Part shown: in pieces, positions 10,228-19,017 of the stretch
How the letters are laid out: each line of letters starts with the position of its first letter
Position numbering within the stretch: position 1 is the first letter of the stretch
Assembly: GCA_963663525.2 (NCBI GenBank)
Contig: CAXXHC010000001.1
Span: 1,030,572 to 1,094,571, forward strand
DNA from: Myxococcota bacterium
GTDB lineage: Bacteria > Myxococcota_A > SURF-8 > G963663525
Length of the DNA stretch: 64,000 nucleotides
Reading direction: 5' to 3'
Translations under genes and position numbers: made by a program
The notes under the pieces: generated by a model
The model's input: the letters and a program-made list of their open reading frames with translations, nothing else
Told to the model about the DNA's origin: nothing
Databases searched by the model: none

Positions 10228-11516
10228 TTCCGGCGAAAGACCGTGATTCCATAAGAGAGGGCTTTCCCCCGGCAGGGTCGATGGTATCATCGCCCTATTT
10301 TGATAACGGGATCGCTTGAGCGTCCCAAGCAGGAGGAAAGCCCATGATTTGTATTGGAATGGATGTGCATCAGAAGTCAACCACCATTTGCATTCAGGAC
10401 GATACGGGAAAGCAGGTTTTTCTCGGATCCTGTCCGACCACCTTTTCCGGATTCTCCGAAACGCTCCGGCCCTGGCTCGAAAAGCATCCCGGTGCGCCGG
10501 GGATGGAAGCCTGTTCGAAGGCGTATTCCACAAGCGGAATCGTCGCCGTATTGGGAGGATGCCCGCAGGTGTACCCGGCGGATGAAGTGGCGAAGAAAAC
10601 CCGCAGCCGGAAGAAAAAGACCGACACCCGCGACGCCCAGGATCTCTGTACCAACCTGCGCACGGGAGCCTTGGTTCGCGAGGTGGTTCTGCCGCCGGAG
10701 CCGATGCGCAAGCTTCGTTCGGTGCTCAAGGCGCGGGCGCTGAACGTGAAGATCCAGACGCAGGCGATCAACGCCGCCAAGGCGCTGCTGAGGGAGTACG
10801 GCCTGGATGGCGCCTCGGGAAGCATGAACACCCAAGCGGCCTGGAAAAAGCGGCTCGACGCCAAGATGCCCGAGATGGTGAGACAGCTGTTGGAAACGCA
10901 TTTCGCCAGCTTCCTTTTGGCCTCGAATCAGATCGAAGGGTTGACGACGATGGCCGAGGATCTTGGCCGTGAAAACCACGCGTTCGATGGGGTGCAGACG
11001 ATTCCGGGAGTGGGCCCGATCACGCGGCTGGCGCTTGCGGCGCATCTGTTCGACATCGGTCGTTTCCGTTCGGGAAAGCAGGTGACGGCCTACGTGGGTC
11101 TGTGCCCGTCGAGCTACGATTCGGGGGATCGCGAGCGCAAGGGACGCATCACGCGGGAGGGGCCGGGGTTGTTGCGGGCGTTGCTTGTGGAGTGCGCGCA
11201 GCACGCCCGGAAGCGAAAGAAGCCGCTGAACCCGTATTATCGCCGCTGGTTGGAGAAGCACGGTGCCAACAAGGCGAAGGTGGCGGTGGCGGCGAAACTG
11301 TGCCGGATCGTGCATGCTCTTTTGAAACGTTCCGAGGGCTTTTCGCCCGAGGCTTTGGGGGTGGTGCCGGACGGTTATGGGGGTTGGGAGTTTGCAGGCC
11401 GTGCGTCTGGTGGCGACGGACGGGGAGGCCTTCGGCGAAGGCTCCGGCCAAGGAGGTATCGACAAGCCACGAGATCAAGAGGTAGACGCAATGCGACAGA
11501 CGAAGATAGACGCTTA
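10228..11516 (+). mobile_element. IS110-family element; both boundaries uncertain and the 3' end is disrupted by an IS5-type insertion
   Basis: The transposase ORF is read into the inverted repeat of the next IS (last residues LESIPVG come from gagtctatccc...). The left limit is set only where similarity to the 59-kb C copy ends. IS110 elements lack terminal inverted repeats, so the ends cannot be fixed by eye. Confidence 0.4.
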
Positions 11517-11537
11517 GAGTCTATCCCAGTAGGGTGA
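10344..11537 (+). CDS. IS110-family (DEDD) transposase; C-terminus replaced by read-through into the neighbouring IS
   Basis: N-terminal MICIGMDVHQKST (DEDD_Tnp_IS110-like) and C-terminal domain IPGVGPITRLALAAHLFDIGRFRSGKQVTAYVGLCPSSYDSGDRERKGRITREG. AGGAGGA RBS. Confidence 0.9.
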   Translation: MICIGMDVHQKSTTICIQDDTGKQVFLGSCPTTFSGFSETLRPWLEKHPGAPGMEACSKAYSTSGIVAVLGGCPQVYPADEVAKKTRSRKKKTDTRDAQDLCTNLRTGALVREVVLPPEPMRKLRSVLKARALNVKIQTQAINAAKALLREYGLDGASGSMNTQAAWKKRLDAKMPEMVRQLLETHFASFLLASNQIEGLTTMAEDLGRENHAFDGVQTIPGVGPITRLALAAHLFDIGRFRSGKQVTAYVGLCPSSYDSGDRERKGRITREGPGLLRALLVECAQHARKRKKPLNPYYRRWLEKHGANKAKVAVAAKLCRIVHALLKRSEGFSPEALGVVPDGYGGWEFAGRASGGDGRGGLRRRLRPRRYRQATRSRGRRNATDEDRRLESIPVG

Positions 11538-12419
11538 ATTGTGCTATAGTCCTGTGAATATAGTATATTTACAGGAGATAAATATGGGATTGGCAACCCA
11601 AGATGATGGATGGAGAATCCCGGACGAATTGTGGGAAAAGATGGAGCCGCTCTTGCCTGCGCGAAAACCTCATCCCTTGGGTTGCCATAACCCGCCGGTT
11701 CCGCCGCGCCACGCGATGAACGCCATTCTATTCGTTTTGCGCACCGGCTGTCAGTGGAACGCGCTTAACGCGACGGGCATCTGCTCGTCCAGTGCGGCGC
11801 ACCGCTGGTTTATGGAGTGGACCAAGGCCGGGGTGTTCGAGGCGTTTTGGCGACAGGGCCTTTTGGAGTACGACAAGCTCAAGGGTGTCGACTGGGTTTG
11901 GTGTTCGATGGACGGCGCGATGACCAAAGCTCCGTTGGGCGGGGAAAAAAACGGGCCGAAACCCTACCGACCGCGGCAAAAGCGGCGTCAAGCGTAGCCT
12001 GCTGGTGGAAGCCGAGGGGATTCCGCTGTCCGTGGCGGTGGACGGGGCGAACCGGCATGACATGAAACTGGTGAAGGCGACTTTGGAAGGCATCGAGATC
12101 AAACGTCCCAAGCCGACGAAACGCAAGCCGCAAGGCTTGTGCCTGGACAAAGGGTACGACTACGATGAGGTGAGAGACTTGGTGGAGGAATTCAAGTTCA
12201 CGGCGCACGTTCGTTCGCGGGGCGAGGAGGCAAAGGCGATCAAGCAGGAAGCCGGTTTCAAGGCTCGTCGCTGGGTGGTGGAACGCACGCATAGTTGGAT
12301 GAACCGTTTCCGGAGAATACTAATCCGCTGGGAGAAACGCGCCGATTGCTCTCTAGCCATGCTACATTTCGCCCTCGGAATTATTACTTGGCGCGCTTCC
12401 GGCCTACTGGGATAGACTC
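11517..12419 (+). mobile_element. IS5-family (IS427/IS1031-like) element, copy 1, 903 bp
   Basis: Left inverted repeat gagtctatcccagtagg, right inverted repeat cctactgggatagactc. Direct 3-bp TSD TTA (11514-16 and 12420-22). Confidence 0.9.
11584..12415 (+). CDS. IS5-type transposase, two overlapping frames (orfA 11584..11997; orfB to 12415, +1 frame) joined at an A7 run
   Basis: orfA: MGLATQDDGWRIPDELWEKMEPLLP...GCQWNAL (DUF4096-like HTH). The orfB frame carries the DDE part (..AVDGANRHDMKL..LDKGYD..ERTHSWMNRFRRILIRWEK). The gggGAAAAAAAcggg run is conserved in all three copies. Confidence 0.85.
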
Positions 12420-12422
12420 TTA

Positions 12423-13724
12423 GGCTGGACAAAGACGTGGACATGGGGCGAGCTTCGAGTTGTAGGGACTTGAAGCGAAAAAGGAGCCACCATGTCCACG
12501 AGCTTATTGTATCATGGGTTCGGTCTGAGAGGATACCGATATACGAATGCGATCTATGAAAAGGGATGTGTCACGTTCGAAATCGAACCTCTCCGTCTGC
12601 GTTGTCCCTGTTGCCATTATCGCGATGTCATCCGACGCGGGAACCACCGGAGAGTCTGGCAGAGCGTTCCCATCGGCGATCATCCCGTTTTCTTCGCCAT
12701 GGAATGTCCCCGCATCGAGTGCCGTGCCTGTGGGGCGCTGCAGCAAATCAAACTCGGCTTTGCCGATCCGTATGTCGGCTACACTCGTGCCTTTGCCCGG
12801 TATGTGCTTGGCCTGTGCCGCTGCATGACGATGCAGGATGCGGCCCGGCATCTGAGCGTGGGCTGGGGAGTGGTCAAACAAATCGTCAAACGGGATCTTC
12901 AAAAGCGTTTTGCCAAGCCTGGACTCAAAGACACCAAGCGACTCGCCATCGACGAAATCGCCGTGAAAAAGGGGCACAAATATTTGACCGTGGTGCTGGA
13001 TCTGGACACGGGAGCCGTCGTTTTCGTCGGCAACGGCAAAGGTGCGGATGCCTTGCGGCCTTTCTGGAAGCGGCTGAAGCGTTCGAAGGCAACCATTCGT
13101 GCCGTGGCCTGCGACTTGTCGCCTGCCTACACCGCCGCCGTAATGGGGCATCTTCCCCGTGCGAAACTCGTCTTCGATCGTTTCCACGTCGTGAAGCTGA
13201 TGAACGACAAGCTTTCCAAACTGCGACGGGACTTGCAACGGGAGGCGGACACCTTGGGCAAAAAACTGTTGAAAGGAACCCGCTGGTTGTTGTTGAAGAA
13301 TCCGGAGAATCTGGATGACGCCAGACACGAGAGATCCCGTTTGGAGGAGGTTTTGAAATTCAACCGTCCCCTTGCCGAAGCTTACTGGATGAAAGAACAG
13401 TTGCGCCAGTTTTGGAACCAGCCGAGTCGAAAGGCGGCTCAAGGCTTCTTGGAACGCTGGTGTGATTGGGCTTGGGATTCGGGAATCAAAGTGTTGATTC
13501 AGATGGCAACAACGCTGGCAACGCACAAGACGGGTCTGCTCAACTGGTACAGCGAACCGATTTCAACGGGTCCGTTGGAAGGAGTCAACAACAAAATCAA
13601 AACCATGAAACGCCAGGCGTATGGCTACCGTGACAGGGAGTTCTTCAAACTCAAAATCATGGCTTTACACGAAACCAAGTTCAAACTCGTTGGGTAGAAA
13701 AAGGATGCAGATTCTTCATGAACC
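12423..13724 (+). mobile_element. ISL3-family element type 1, copy 1 (1302 bp)
   Basis: 1302 bp shared with the inverted copy 17713..19014; identity spot-checked at both ends and the 401-aa ORFs are identical. No 8-bp TSD: flanks are gactctta and acaaatgt. Confidence 0.8.
12492..13697 (+). CDS. ISL3-family transposase (401 aa)
   Basis: N-terminal zinc-finger-like CPCCHYRDVIRRG...CRACG. DDE_Tnp_ISL3 hallmarks (LAIDEIAVKKGHKYLTVV.D...., DRFHVVKLMN, GPLEGVNNKIKTMKRQAYGYRD). AAGGAG RBS. Confidence 0.9.
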   Translation: MSTSLLYHGFGLRGYRYTNAIYEKGCVTFEIEPLRLRCPCCHYRDVIRRGNHRRVWQSVPIGDHPVFFAMECPRIECRACGALQQIKLGFADPYVGYTRAFARYVLGLCRCMTMQDAARHLSVGWGVVKQIVKRDLQKRFAKPGLKDTKRLAIDEIAVKKGHKYLTVVLDLDTGAVVFVGNGKGADALRPFWKRLKRSKATIRAVACDLSPAYTAAVMGHLPRAKLVFDRFHVVKLMNDKLSKLRRDLQREADTLGKKLLKGTRWLLLKNPENLDDARHERSRLEEVLKFNRPLAEAYWMKEQLRQFWNQPSRKAAQGFLERWCDWAWDSGIKVLIQMATTLATHKTGLLNWYSEPISTGPLEGVNNKIKTMKRQAYGYRDREFFKLKIMALHETKFKLVG

Positions 13725-13821
13725 ACAAATGTCAAATCGGCGTCGACTGGCGTTTCACAACCGAAGATGCTCGTATCAAACTCAAATCTCTATACCCCGC
13801 TTTTCTATCCGAATGATCCAC
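13725..13821 (+). mobile_element. 3'-terminal remnant (97 bp) of an IS630-type element, truncated by ISL3 copy 1
   Basis: Matches the reverse complement of 27335-27431 (..CQIGVDWRFTTEDARIKLKSLYPAFLSE* then ccgaatgatccac + TA). It starts exactly at the ISL3 right end. Confidence 0.8.
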
Positions 13822-14008
13822 TAGTGCTTTGCTGAGAGTTTAACCTGGGAATTGGCTAACAGTACATGTGCTTTGCAAAAGCTTGGATAATATGATAAAT
13901 GGAGCTTATTGACAAAGTTAACCAATACGAACAAATTGCAGATCATTTTTATAGCCTTCTTATTCACAAGTACTTGCCGTTATTTCTCTCGCGGAAGGGA
14001 GTGTACAG

Positions 14009-17000
14009 ATGAATCGCGTTGCATTATTCATGACAGGTATTGTTTTGTTTGTATGCCTCGCTTGCAATTCAGGCGATGACTCTGGAAACCAAGACAGGAA
14101 TGATTCCGATAACGAATCGGGAATCACGGATGGAGATAATGATGATGCCGTAAACGGAGATACTGATCTTCCACCAGGCGTTGTACAATTGAATGGGTCT
14201 GTGGAAAAAGGCCCGTTCGTTTTAGGCTCCAGCATCACGATTTCGCCTGTAGATCCGGATGGAAATCCAACAGGACAGCAATTTACGACCCAGACCTTCA
14301 ATGACATGGGGGAATTCAGTGTCAATTTCGAGGCCAGCGGTTTCGTTTCCCTCGAAGGAACCGGATTCTACTACAACGAGGTGACAGGTGATTTGTCCGG
14401 TGCAAATCTAACGTTGCGAGCATTCTATGAAATCGTCAATGATGGCGTTCAAAACGCTCACTTAAATCTCTTGACCCACTTGACCTACAACCGTGTCAAA
14501 AATCTGGTTCAGATGGGAACTCCGATCGCCGATGCCATCGAGCAGGCGGAGGGTGAACTTGTATCGGCTTTACCCATCGGTTCCGAGAATTTCACCCTGG
14601 ACAATCCCGCCATCGAGCTGACCTTGCAAGGTGGCGATACCTTGCAAAACGCCTATTTGTTCGCGGTTTCTTCCGTATTGTCCCATGCGGCACGACTGAG
14701 AAGCCCGGCATCGCCGGATGCGGCATTGCAGGAATTGATAAACGGCATTTCCGCAGATTTGGCAGTCGACGGGGTGATTAGTCAGACCACGGTACAAACC
14801 CTGGTAGAAGCTCAGACACTTCCTATGGAACTCGATGGAAATTCTTCCGGACAATATTTGATCCCGGCGACGGTCATGGCGGACCTTGAAGCACGTTTCG
14901 AAGAGCTGGGTTCAACGGCAGAGATTCCGAATCTGAATCGAGTTCTGGATTCTGATTTCGATTCGGTCCCCAATGACGATGACAATTGTTGGTGGATCGC
15001 AAACACGAATCAGACCGACGACAACGGCAATCAAATCGGCGATGCCTGTGACATTGTTTTCAAAGACTCCAATACCGGTCTTTCGTGGCAAAATATCAGT
15101 ACGTACCATATGGATACGTTTTACACATTCGACGGGGAGTGGGAGGATGCCGTAAACTACTGCGAGAATCTCGATTTTGGTGGATTCGATGACTGGCGTA
15201 TGCCTTCGATCGATGAACTGCGCTCCCTCGTGGCCGGATGTCCCAACAAGCAGTCCGATGGGATTTGCGGACTGCATAACAATTGTGCGTTGAACGATGC
15301 CGCGTGCATCAAAGACTGCAATGCCTGTGAAGAAACGGAAACACCTTACTGGAAAGAGGGGGTATTAGGAACTCCTATTGTGTGGAGCAAGCAGATTTCC
15401 CCCCATCGCGGATCAAGTGTGAATTACTGGTGGTTTGATTTCGATATCGCTAAATTCCAAGATGGTCCAATCGCATTGGAATCGGATTCCCCGAATATGT
15501 TCGTGCGTTGTGTCCGTGGTTATTCGGTCCACCAAGAATTTGTTTGCAATGACGGTGTGGATGACGACGGAGACGGCAAGAAGGACTGTGAGGATTCCGA
15601 TTGCTTCGCCATACCAGAGGACATTGGCTTATGCGGTAATATGTTCGATTTGACGGGACTCAACTCAGCGGAATTTTCTCAGTGTCGGGAATGGATTGAT
15701 TGCCCCGTTATCAGCTATCCGTGCGGTGAATGTCTTGGTGTATGGATCTATGAGAACTGCAACGAGGTGTGCGAAGAAGGTCACGGTGATTCGGCAGCGT
15801 GCCGTGAATGTATGCTGGGATCTTTCGACACCTGCCTGGGTTCTTTTGTTTGCGATATTGAGACAATTTGTATGGATGGTGTGGACAACGATTCCGATTC
15901 ATTAACGGATATGCAAGACCCAGACTGCGAGATTCTGACAGATGGCTTGCCGGATGGCGATGTAGACGGCGATTTCGACGGGGACGAGGATGCAGATGAG
16001 GAAGGAAATCTCCCCACGGTTTCACCTGTCGTCGAAGGAAATTCTGCCACGTTCTTTTACGTTTCCACCGAGACAGTGCCGAACAGAATCAAAGTCGTGG
16101 GTAGTTTTCTGCATAGCCCCTGGAATCCTTCCATGGGGATTGTAATGACCCAGATCGCTGCCAATGTCTGGACCGCCACGGCAGACGATCTCGGCGTAGG
16201 AGAACATCACTACAAGTTCTGGTATCCCGAAAACACATGGCTGGCCGATCCTTTGAATCCCAACGAAGACGGTTCGCAAGATCACAATTCAGTATTCTGG
16301 ATTACCGAAGGCTGCGAGAGCGAATGTTCGGATGTTTTAGGTGATTATTGTTTCGATACGGCCCTTTTAGGACAAGGCAACCATGAGATTTGCGATATCT
16401 TCTTTTCGTTTTCCAACTGGACATGGACTATCGACAACCCGGATTACGACGACTGCTCTTTCGACATCCTGACATCGTCGGAAAACGATTCGGCTCCACC
16501 GGAAAAACGGGCGGAAATGCGTTTCTGTTCCTTCGATAACATCTCGATCGACCTCGAAGATCCTGCATGGATTTTAACGGACGACGACCAAGGCAACCTT
16601 ATTTTGAGTCAACCCAATTATTCGGGGCAAGTCATTTGCAGCGCCAGGCTCACGAAAGAAGCCTGTCATGACGTTCCTGTCGATGGAGATATCGACGAAG
16701 TGGACCAGATGGACTCGTTCGATGAGGAGCCGGAATCCAATGAAGAAGACATCGAGCCGGATGGAAATTCGGAAACTGAAGCAGAAGCTGATGAGGTTCA
16801 CTGTACCTGGGATTGCAGCCAGTTCGACCGCTTGTTCTGTCCGGTTTCCTTCGATGGTACAGGTTGCGAAGCACTCCAACGACACTTTTTGTTGATAGAA
16901 CCCGATCCAGAGAATCCCTGTGGATTTAAAGTGTATATGACTATGGATGAAGGAATCACCAAACGATGGCTGATTGATGTTCCCGATTGTGTGGTATCAG

Positions 17001-17137
17001 GCGTTGAACTTCCAGGTTATGCCGAAGAAAATTGCACTTTTACCTACGGTTCTATGCCAATCAATGGAATCGACGTCCAATGTGGCGAGGAAGAACTCGC
17101 TTGCTCGGTTCGAATGGAACCGGAAGCTTGTCATTAA
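14009..17137 (+). CDS. Large secreted lipoprotein (1042 aa) with a TSP3-like Ca-binding repeat, a DUF1566-like domain and a CBM48/E-set-like domain
   Basis: Lipobox LFVCLAC-NSGDD. DSDFDSVPNDDDNCWWIANTNQTDDNGNQIGDACD (thrombospondin-type-3-like). GEWEDAVNYCENLDFGGFDDWRMPSIDELRSL (DUF1566-like). SATFFYVS...IKVVGSF...W...HHYKFWY (AMPK-beta/CBM48-like). Visibly AT-richer than the flanks. Confidence 0.75.
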   Translation: MNRVALFMTGIVLFVCLACNSGDDSGNQDRNDSDNESGITDGDNDDAVNGDTDLPPGVVQLNGSVEKGPFVLGSSITISPVDPDGNPTGQQFTTQTFNDMGEFSVNFEASGFVSLEGTGFYYNEVTGDLSGANLTLRAFYEIVNDGVQNAHLNLLTHLTYNRVKNLVQMGTPIADAIEQAEGELVSALPIGSENFTLDNPAIELTLQGGDTLQNAYLFAVSSVLSHAARLRSPASPDAALQELINGISADLAVDGVISQTTVQTLVEAQTLPMELDGNSSGQYLIPATVMADLEARFEELGSTAEIPNLNRVLDSDFDSVPNDDDNCWWIANTNQTDDNGNQIGDACDIVFKDSNTGLSWQNISTYHMDTFYTFDGEWEDAVNYCENLDFGGFDDWRMPSIDELRSLVAGCPNKQSDGICGLHNNCALNDAACIKDCNACEETETPYWKEGVLGTPIVWSKQISPHRGSSVNYWWFDFDIAKFQDGPIALESDSPNMFVRCVRGYSVHQEFVCNDGVDDDGDGKKDCEDSDCFAIPEDIGLCGNMFDLTGLNSAEFSQCREWIDCPVISYPCGECLGVWIYENCNEVCEEGHGDSAACRECMLGSFDTCLGSFVCDIETICMDGVDNDSDSLTDMQDPDCEILTDGLPDGDVDGDFDGDEDADEEGNLPTVSPVVEGNSATFFYVSTETVPNRIKVVGSFLHSPWNPSMGIVMTQIAANVWTATADDLGVGEHHYKFWYPENTWLADPLNPNEDGSQDHNSVFWITEGCESECSDVLGDYCFDTALLGQGNHEICDIFFSFSNWTWTIDNPDYDDCSFDILTSSENDSAPPEKRAEMRFCSFDNISIDLEDPAWILTDDDQGNLILSQPNYSGQVICSARLTKEACHDVPVDGDIDEVDQMDSFDEEPESNEEDIEPDGNSETEAEADEVHCTWDCSQFDRLFCPVSFDGTGCEALQRHFLLIEPDPENPCGFKVYMTMDEGITKRWLIDVPDCVVSGVELPGYAEENCTFTYGSMPINGIDVQCGEEELACSVRMEPEACH

Positions 17138-17204
17138 CGATTTCCGTGGGGTAATAACGATACGTCACGTCTATTGGTAACCGATTAGTATCGTCCCCCT
17201 TGTG

Positions 17205-17540
17205 TCATTCCACAATCTCGATTTCCGTGGGCACCTCGGCGTGTTGTTCGTTGCTGTCATAAGCTCGTAGCCAAATGCGGTGGGTGCCGACGGGAAAAAC
17301 GCTTTTCTTCAAGGTCGCACCGGTACCGTAGCTTGTCGTACAGTCTTCGTCCCGTGCCGGGACAGTCAACGCCATCGTCCGGCTGCGACTGGCCGGAACG
17401 TTTTGGTTCAGCTCGACGAAATCAACTTCCAGTGCTACCGTGTCGAGCACGATCGACAGCGAATACACCGGCGACTCGAAAACCGACCTGATGGGTAGTA
17501 GAGGGAGACCCCTTTTCAAGACCGAAACGAAAATCTCCAT
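17205..17540 (-). CDS. Possible small Ig/HYR-like domain protein, or the 3' remnant of a gene cut by ISL3 copy 2
   Basis: The track ORF 17205..17816 begins inside the ISL3 end, so its N-terminus is spurious. The C-terminal part ..ALTVPARDEDCTTSYGTGATLKKSVFPVGTHRIWLRAYDSNEQHAEVPTEIEIVE resembles HYR/Ig-like domains. There is an internal ATG at 17540 with a weak RBS. Confidence 0.3.
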   Translation of the reverse strand: MEIFVSVLKRGLPLLPIRSVFESPVYSLSIVLDTVALEVDFVELNQNVPASRSRTMALTVPARDEDCTTSYGTGATLKKSVFPVGTHRIWLRAYDSNEQHAEVPTEIEIVE

Positions 17541-17712
17541 AGCTCTCAGCGTATACGAGGAACCGGTTCGTATCTTACCTCGGAAAACGTTTGCCGATTT
17601 GTTCTGCCAATAGCCGTGTAAAGAAGAAGGCTGAAACCTTCTTCCGCCGCAGGAAGGTGGCGGCTGGTAGGATTGGTGATGGGAAAATGGGGTGGGAATC
17701 GGATTCATTTCA

Positions 17713-19014
17713 GGTTCATGAAGAATCTGCATCCTTTTTCTACCCAACGAGTTTGAACTTGGTTTCGTGTAAAGCCATGATTTTGAGTTTGAAGAACTCC
17801 CTGTCACGGTAGCCATATGCCTGGCGTTTCATGGTTTTGATTTTGTTGTTGACTCCTTCCAACGGACCCGTTGAAATCGGTTCGCTGTACCAGTTGAGCA
17901 GACCCGTCTTGTGCGTTGCCAGCGTTGTTGCCATCTGAATCAACACTTTGATTCCCGAATCCCAAGCCCAATCACACCAGCGTTCCAAGAAGCCTTGAGC
18001 CGCCTTTCGACTCGGCTGGTTCCAAAACTGGCGCAACTGTTCTTTCATCCAGTAAGCTTCGGCAAGGGGACGGTTGAATTTCAAAACCTCCTCCAAACGG
18101 GATCTCTCGTGTCTGGCGTCATCCAGATTCTCCGGATTCTTCAACAACAACCAGCGGGTTCCTTTCAACAGTTTTTTGCCCAAGGTGTCCGCCTCCCGTT
18201 GCAAGTCCCGTCGCAGTTTGGAAAGCTTGTCGTTCATCAGCTTCACGACGTGGAAACGATCGAAGACGAGTTTCGCACGGGGAAGATGCCCCATTACGGC
18301 GGCGGTGTAGGCAGGCGACAAGTCGCAGGCCACGGCACGAATGGTTGCCTTCGAACGCTTCAGCCGCTTCCAGAAAGGCCGCAAGGCATCCGCACCTTTG
18401 CCGTTGCCGACGAAAACGACGGCTCCCGTGTCCAGATCCAGCACCACGGTCAAATATTTGTGCCCCTTTTTCACGGCGATTTCGTCGATGGCGAGTCGCT
18501 TGGTGTCTTTGAGTCCAGGCTTGGCAAAACGCTTTTGAAGATCCCGTTTGACGATTTGTTTGACCACTCCCCAGCCCACGCTCAGATGCCGGGCCGCATC
18601 CTGCATCGTCATGCAGCGGCACAGGCCAAGCACATACCGGGCAAAGGCACGAGTGTAGCCGACATACGGATCGGCAAAGCCGAGTTTGATTTGCTGCAGC
18701 GCCCCACAGGCACGGCACTCGATGCGGGGACATTCCATGGCGAAGAAAACGGGATGATCGCCGATGGGAACGCTCTGCCAGACTCTCCGGTGGTTCCCGC
18801 GTCGGATGACATCGCGATAATGGCAACAGGGACAACGCAGACGGAGAGGTTCGATTTCGAACGTGACACATCCCTTTTCATAGATCGCATTCGTATATCG
18901 GTATCCTCTCAGACCGAACCCATGATACAATAAGCTCGTGGACATGGTGGCTCCTTTTTCGCTTCAAGTCCCTACAACTCGAAGCTCGCCCCATGTCCAC
19001 GTCTTTGTCCAGCC
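17713..19014 (-). mobile_element. ISL3-family element type 1, copy 2 (inverted relative to copy 1)
   Basis: Same ends and same 401-aa ORF as 12423..13724. Its left-end junction to an IS5-type copy (gtccagcc-TAA-gagtc) is the reverse complement of the junction at 12415-12430. Confidence 0.8.
17740..18945 (-). CDS. ISL3-family transposase (identical 401 aa)
   Basis: Track protein identical to 12492..13697. Confidence 0.9.
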   Translation of the reverse strand: MSTSLLYHGFGLRGYRYTNAIYEKGCVTFEIEPLRLRCPCCHYRDVIRRGNHRRVWQSVPIGDHPVFFAMECPRIECRACGALQQIKLGFADPYVGYTRAFARYVLGLCRCMTMQDAARHLSVGWGVVKQIVKRDLQKRFAKPGLKDTKRLAIDEIAVKKGHKYLTVVLDLDTGAVVFVGNGKGADALRPFWKRLKRSKATIRAVACDLSPAYTAAVMGHLPRAKLVFDRFHVVKLMNDKLSKLRRDLQREADTLGKKLLKGTRWLLLKNPENLDDARHERSRLEEVLKFNRPLAEAYWMKEQLRQFWNQPSRKAAQGFLERWCDWAWDSGIKVLIQMATTLATHKTGLLNWYSEPISTGPLEGVNNKIKTMKRQAYGYRDREFFKLKIMALHETKFKLVG

Positions 19015-19017
19015 TAA

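Noticed and set aside
13700-13724. Idea that the MITE is a deletion derivative of ISL3 type 1, based on the shared 16-mer gcagattcttcatgaa
   Set aside because: The termini differ beyond the 16-mer. The MITE makes 4-bp TTAG duplications, whereas ISL3 elements make 8-bp ones, and the ISL3 left end shows no similarity. The match is kept only as an unexplained observation.
17541-17816. N-terminal part of track ORF 17205..17816
   Set aside because: This part is an out-of-frame read of the ISL3 right end; the same peptide MATVTGSSSNSKSW.. appears at 13621. It cannot be part of a native gene.
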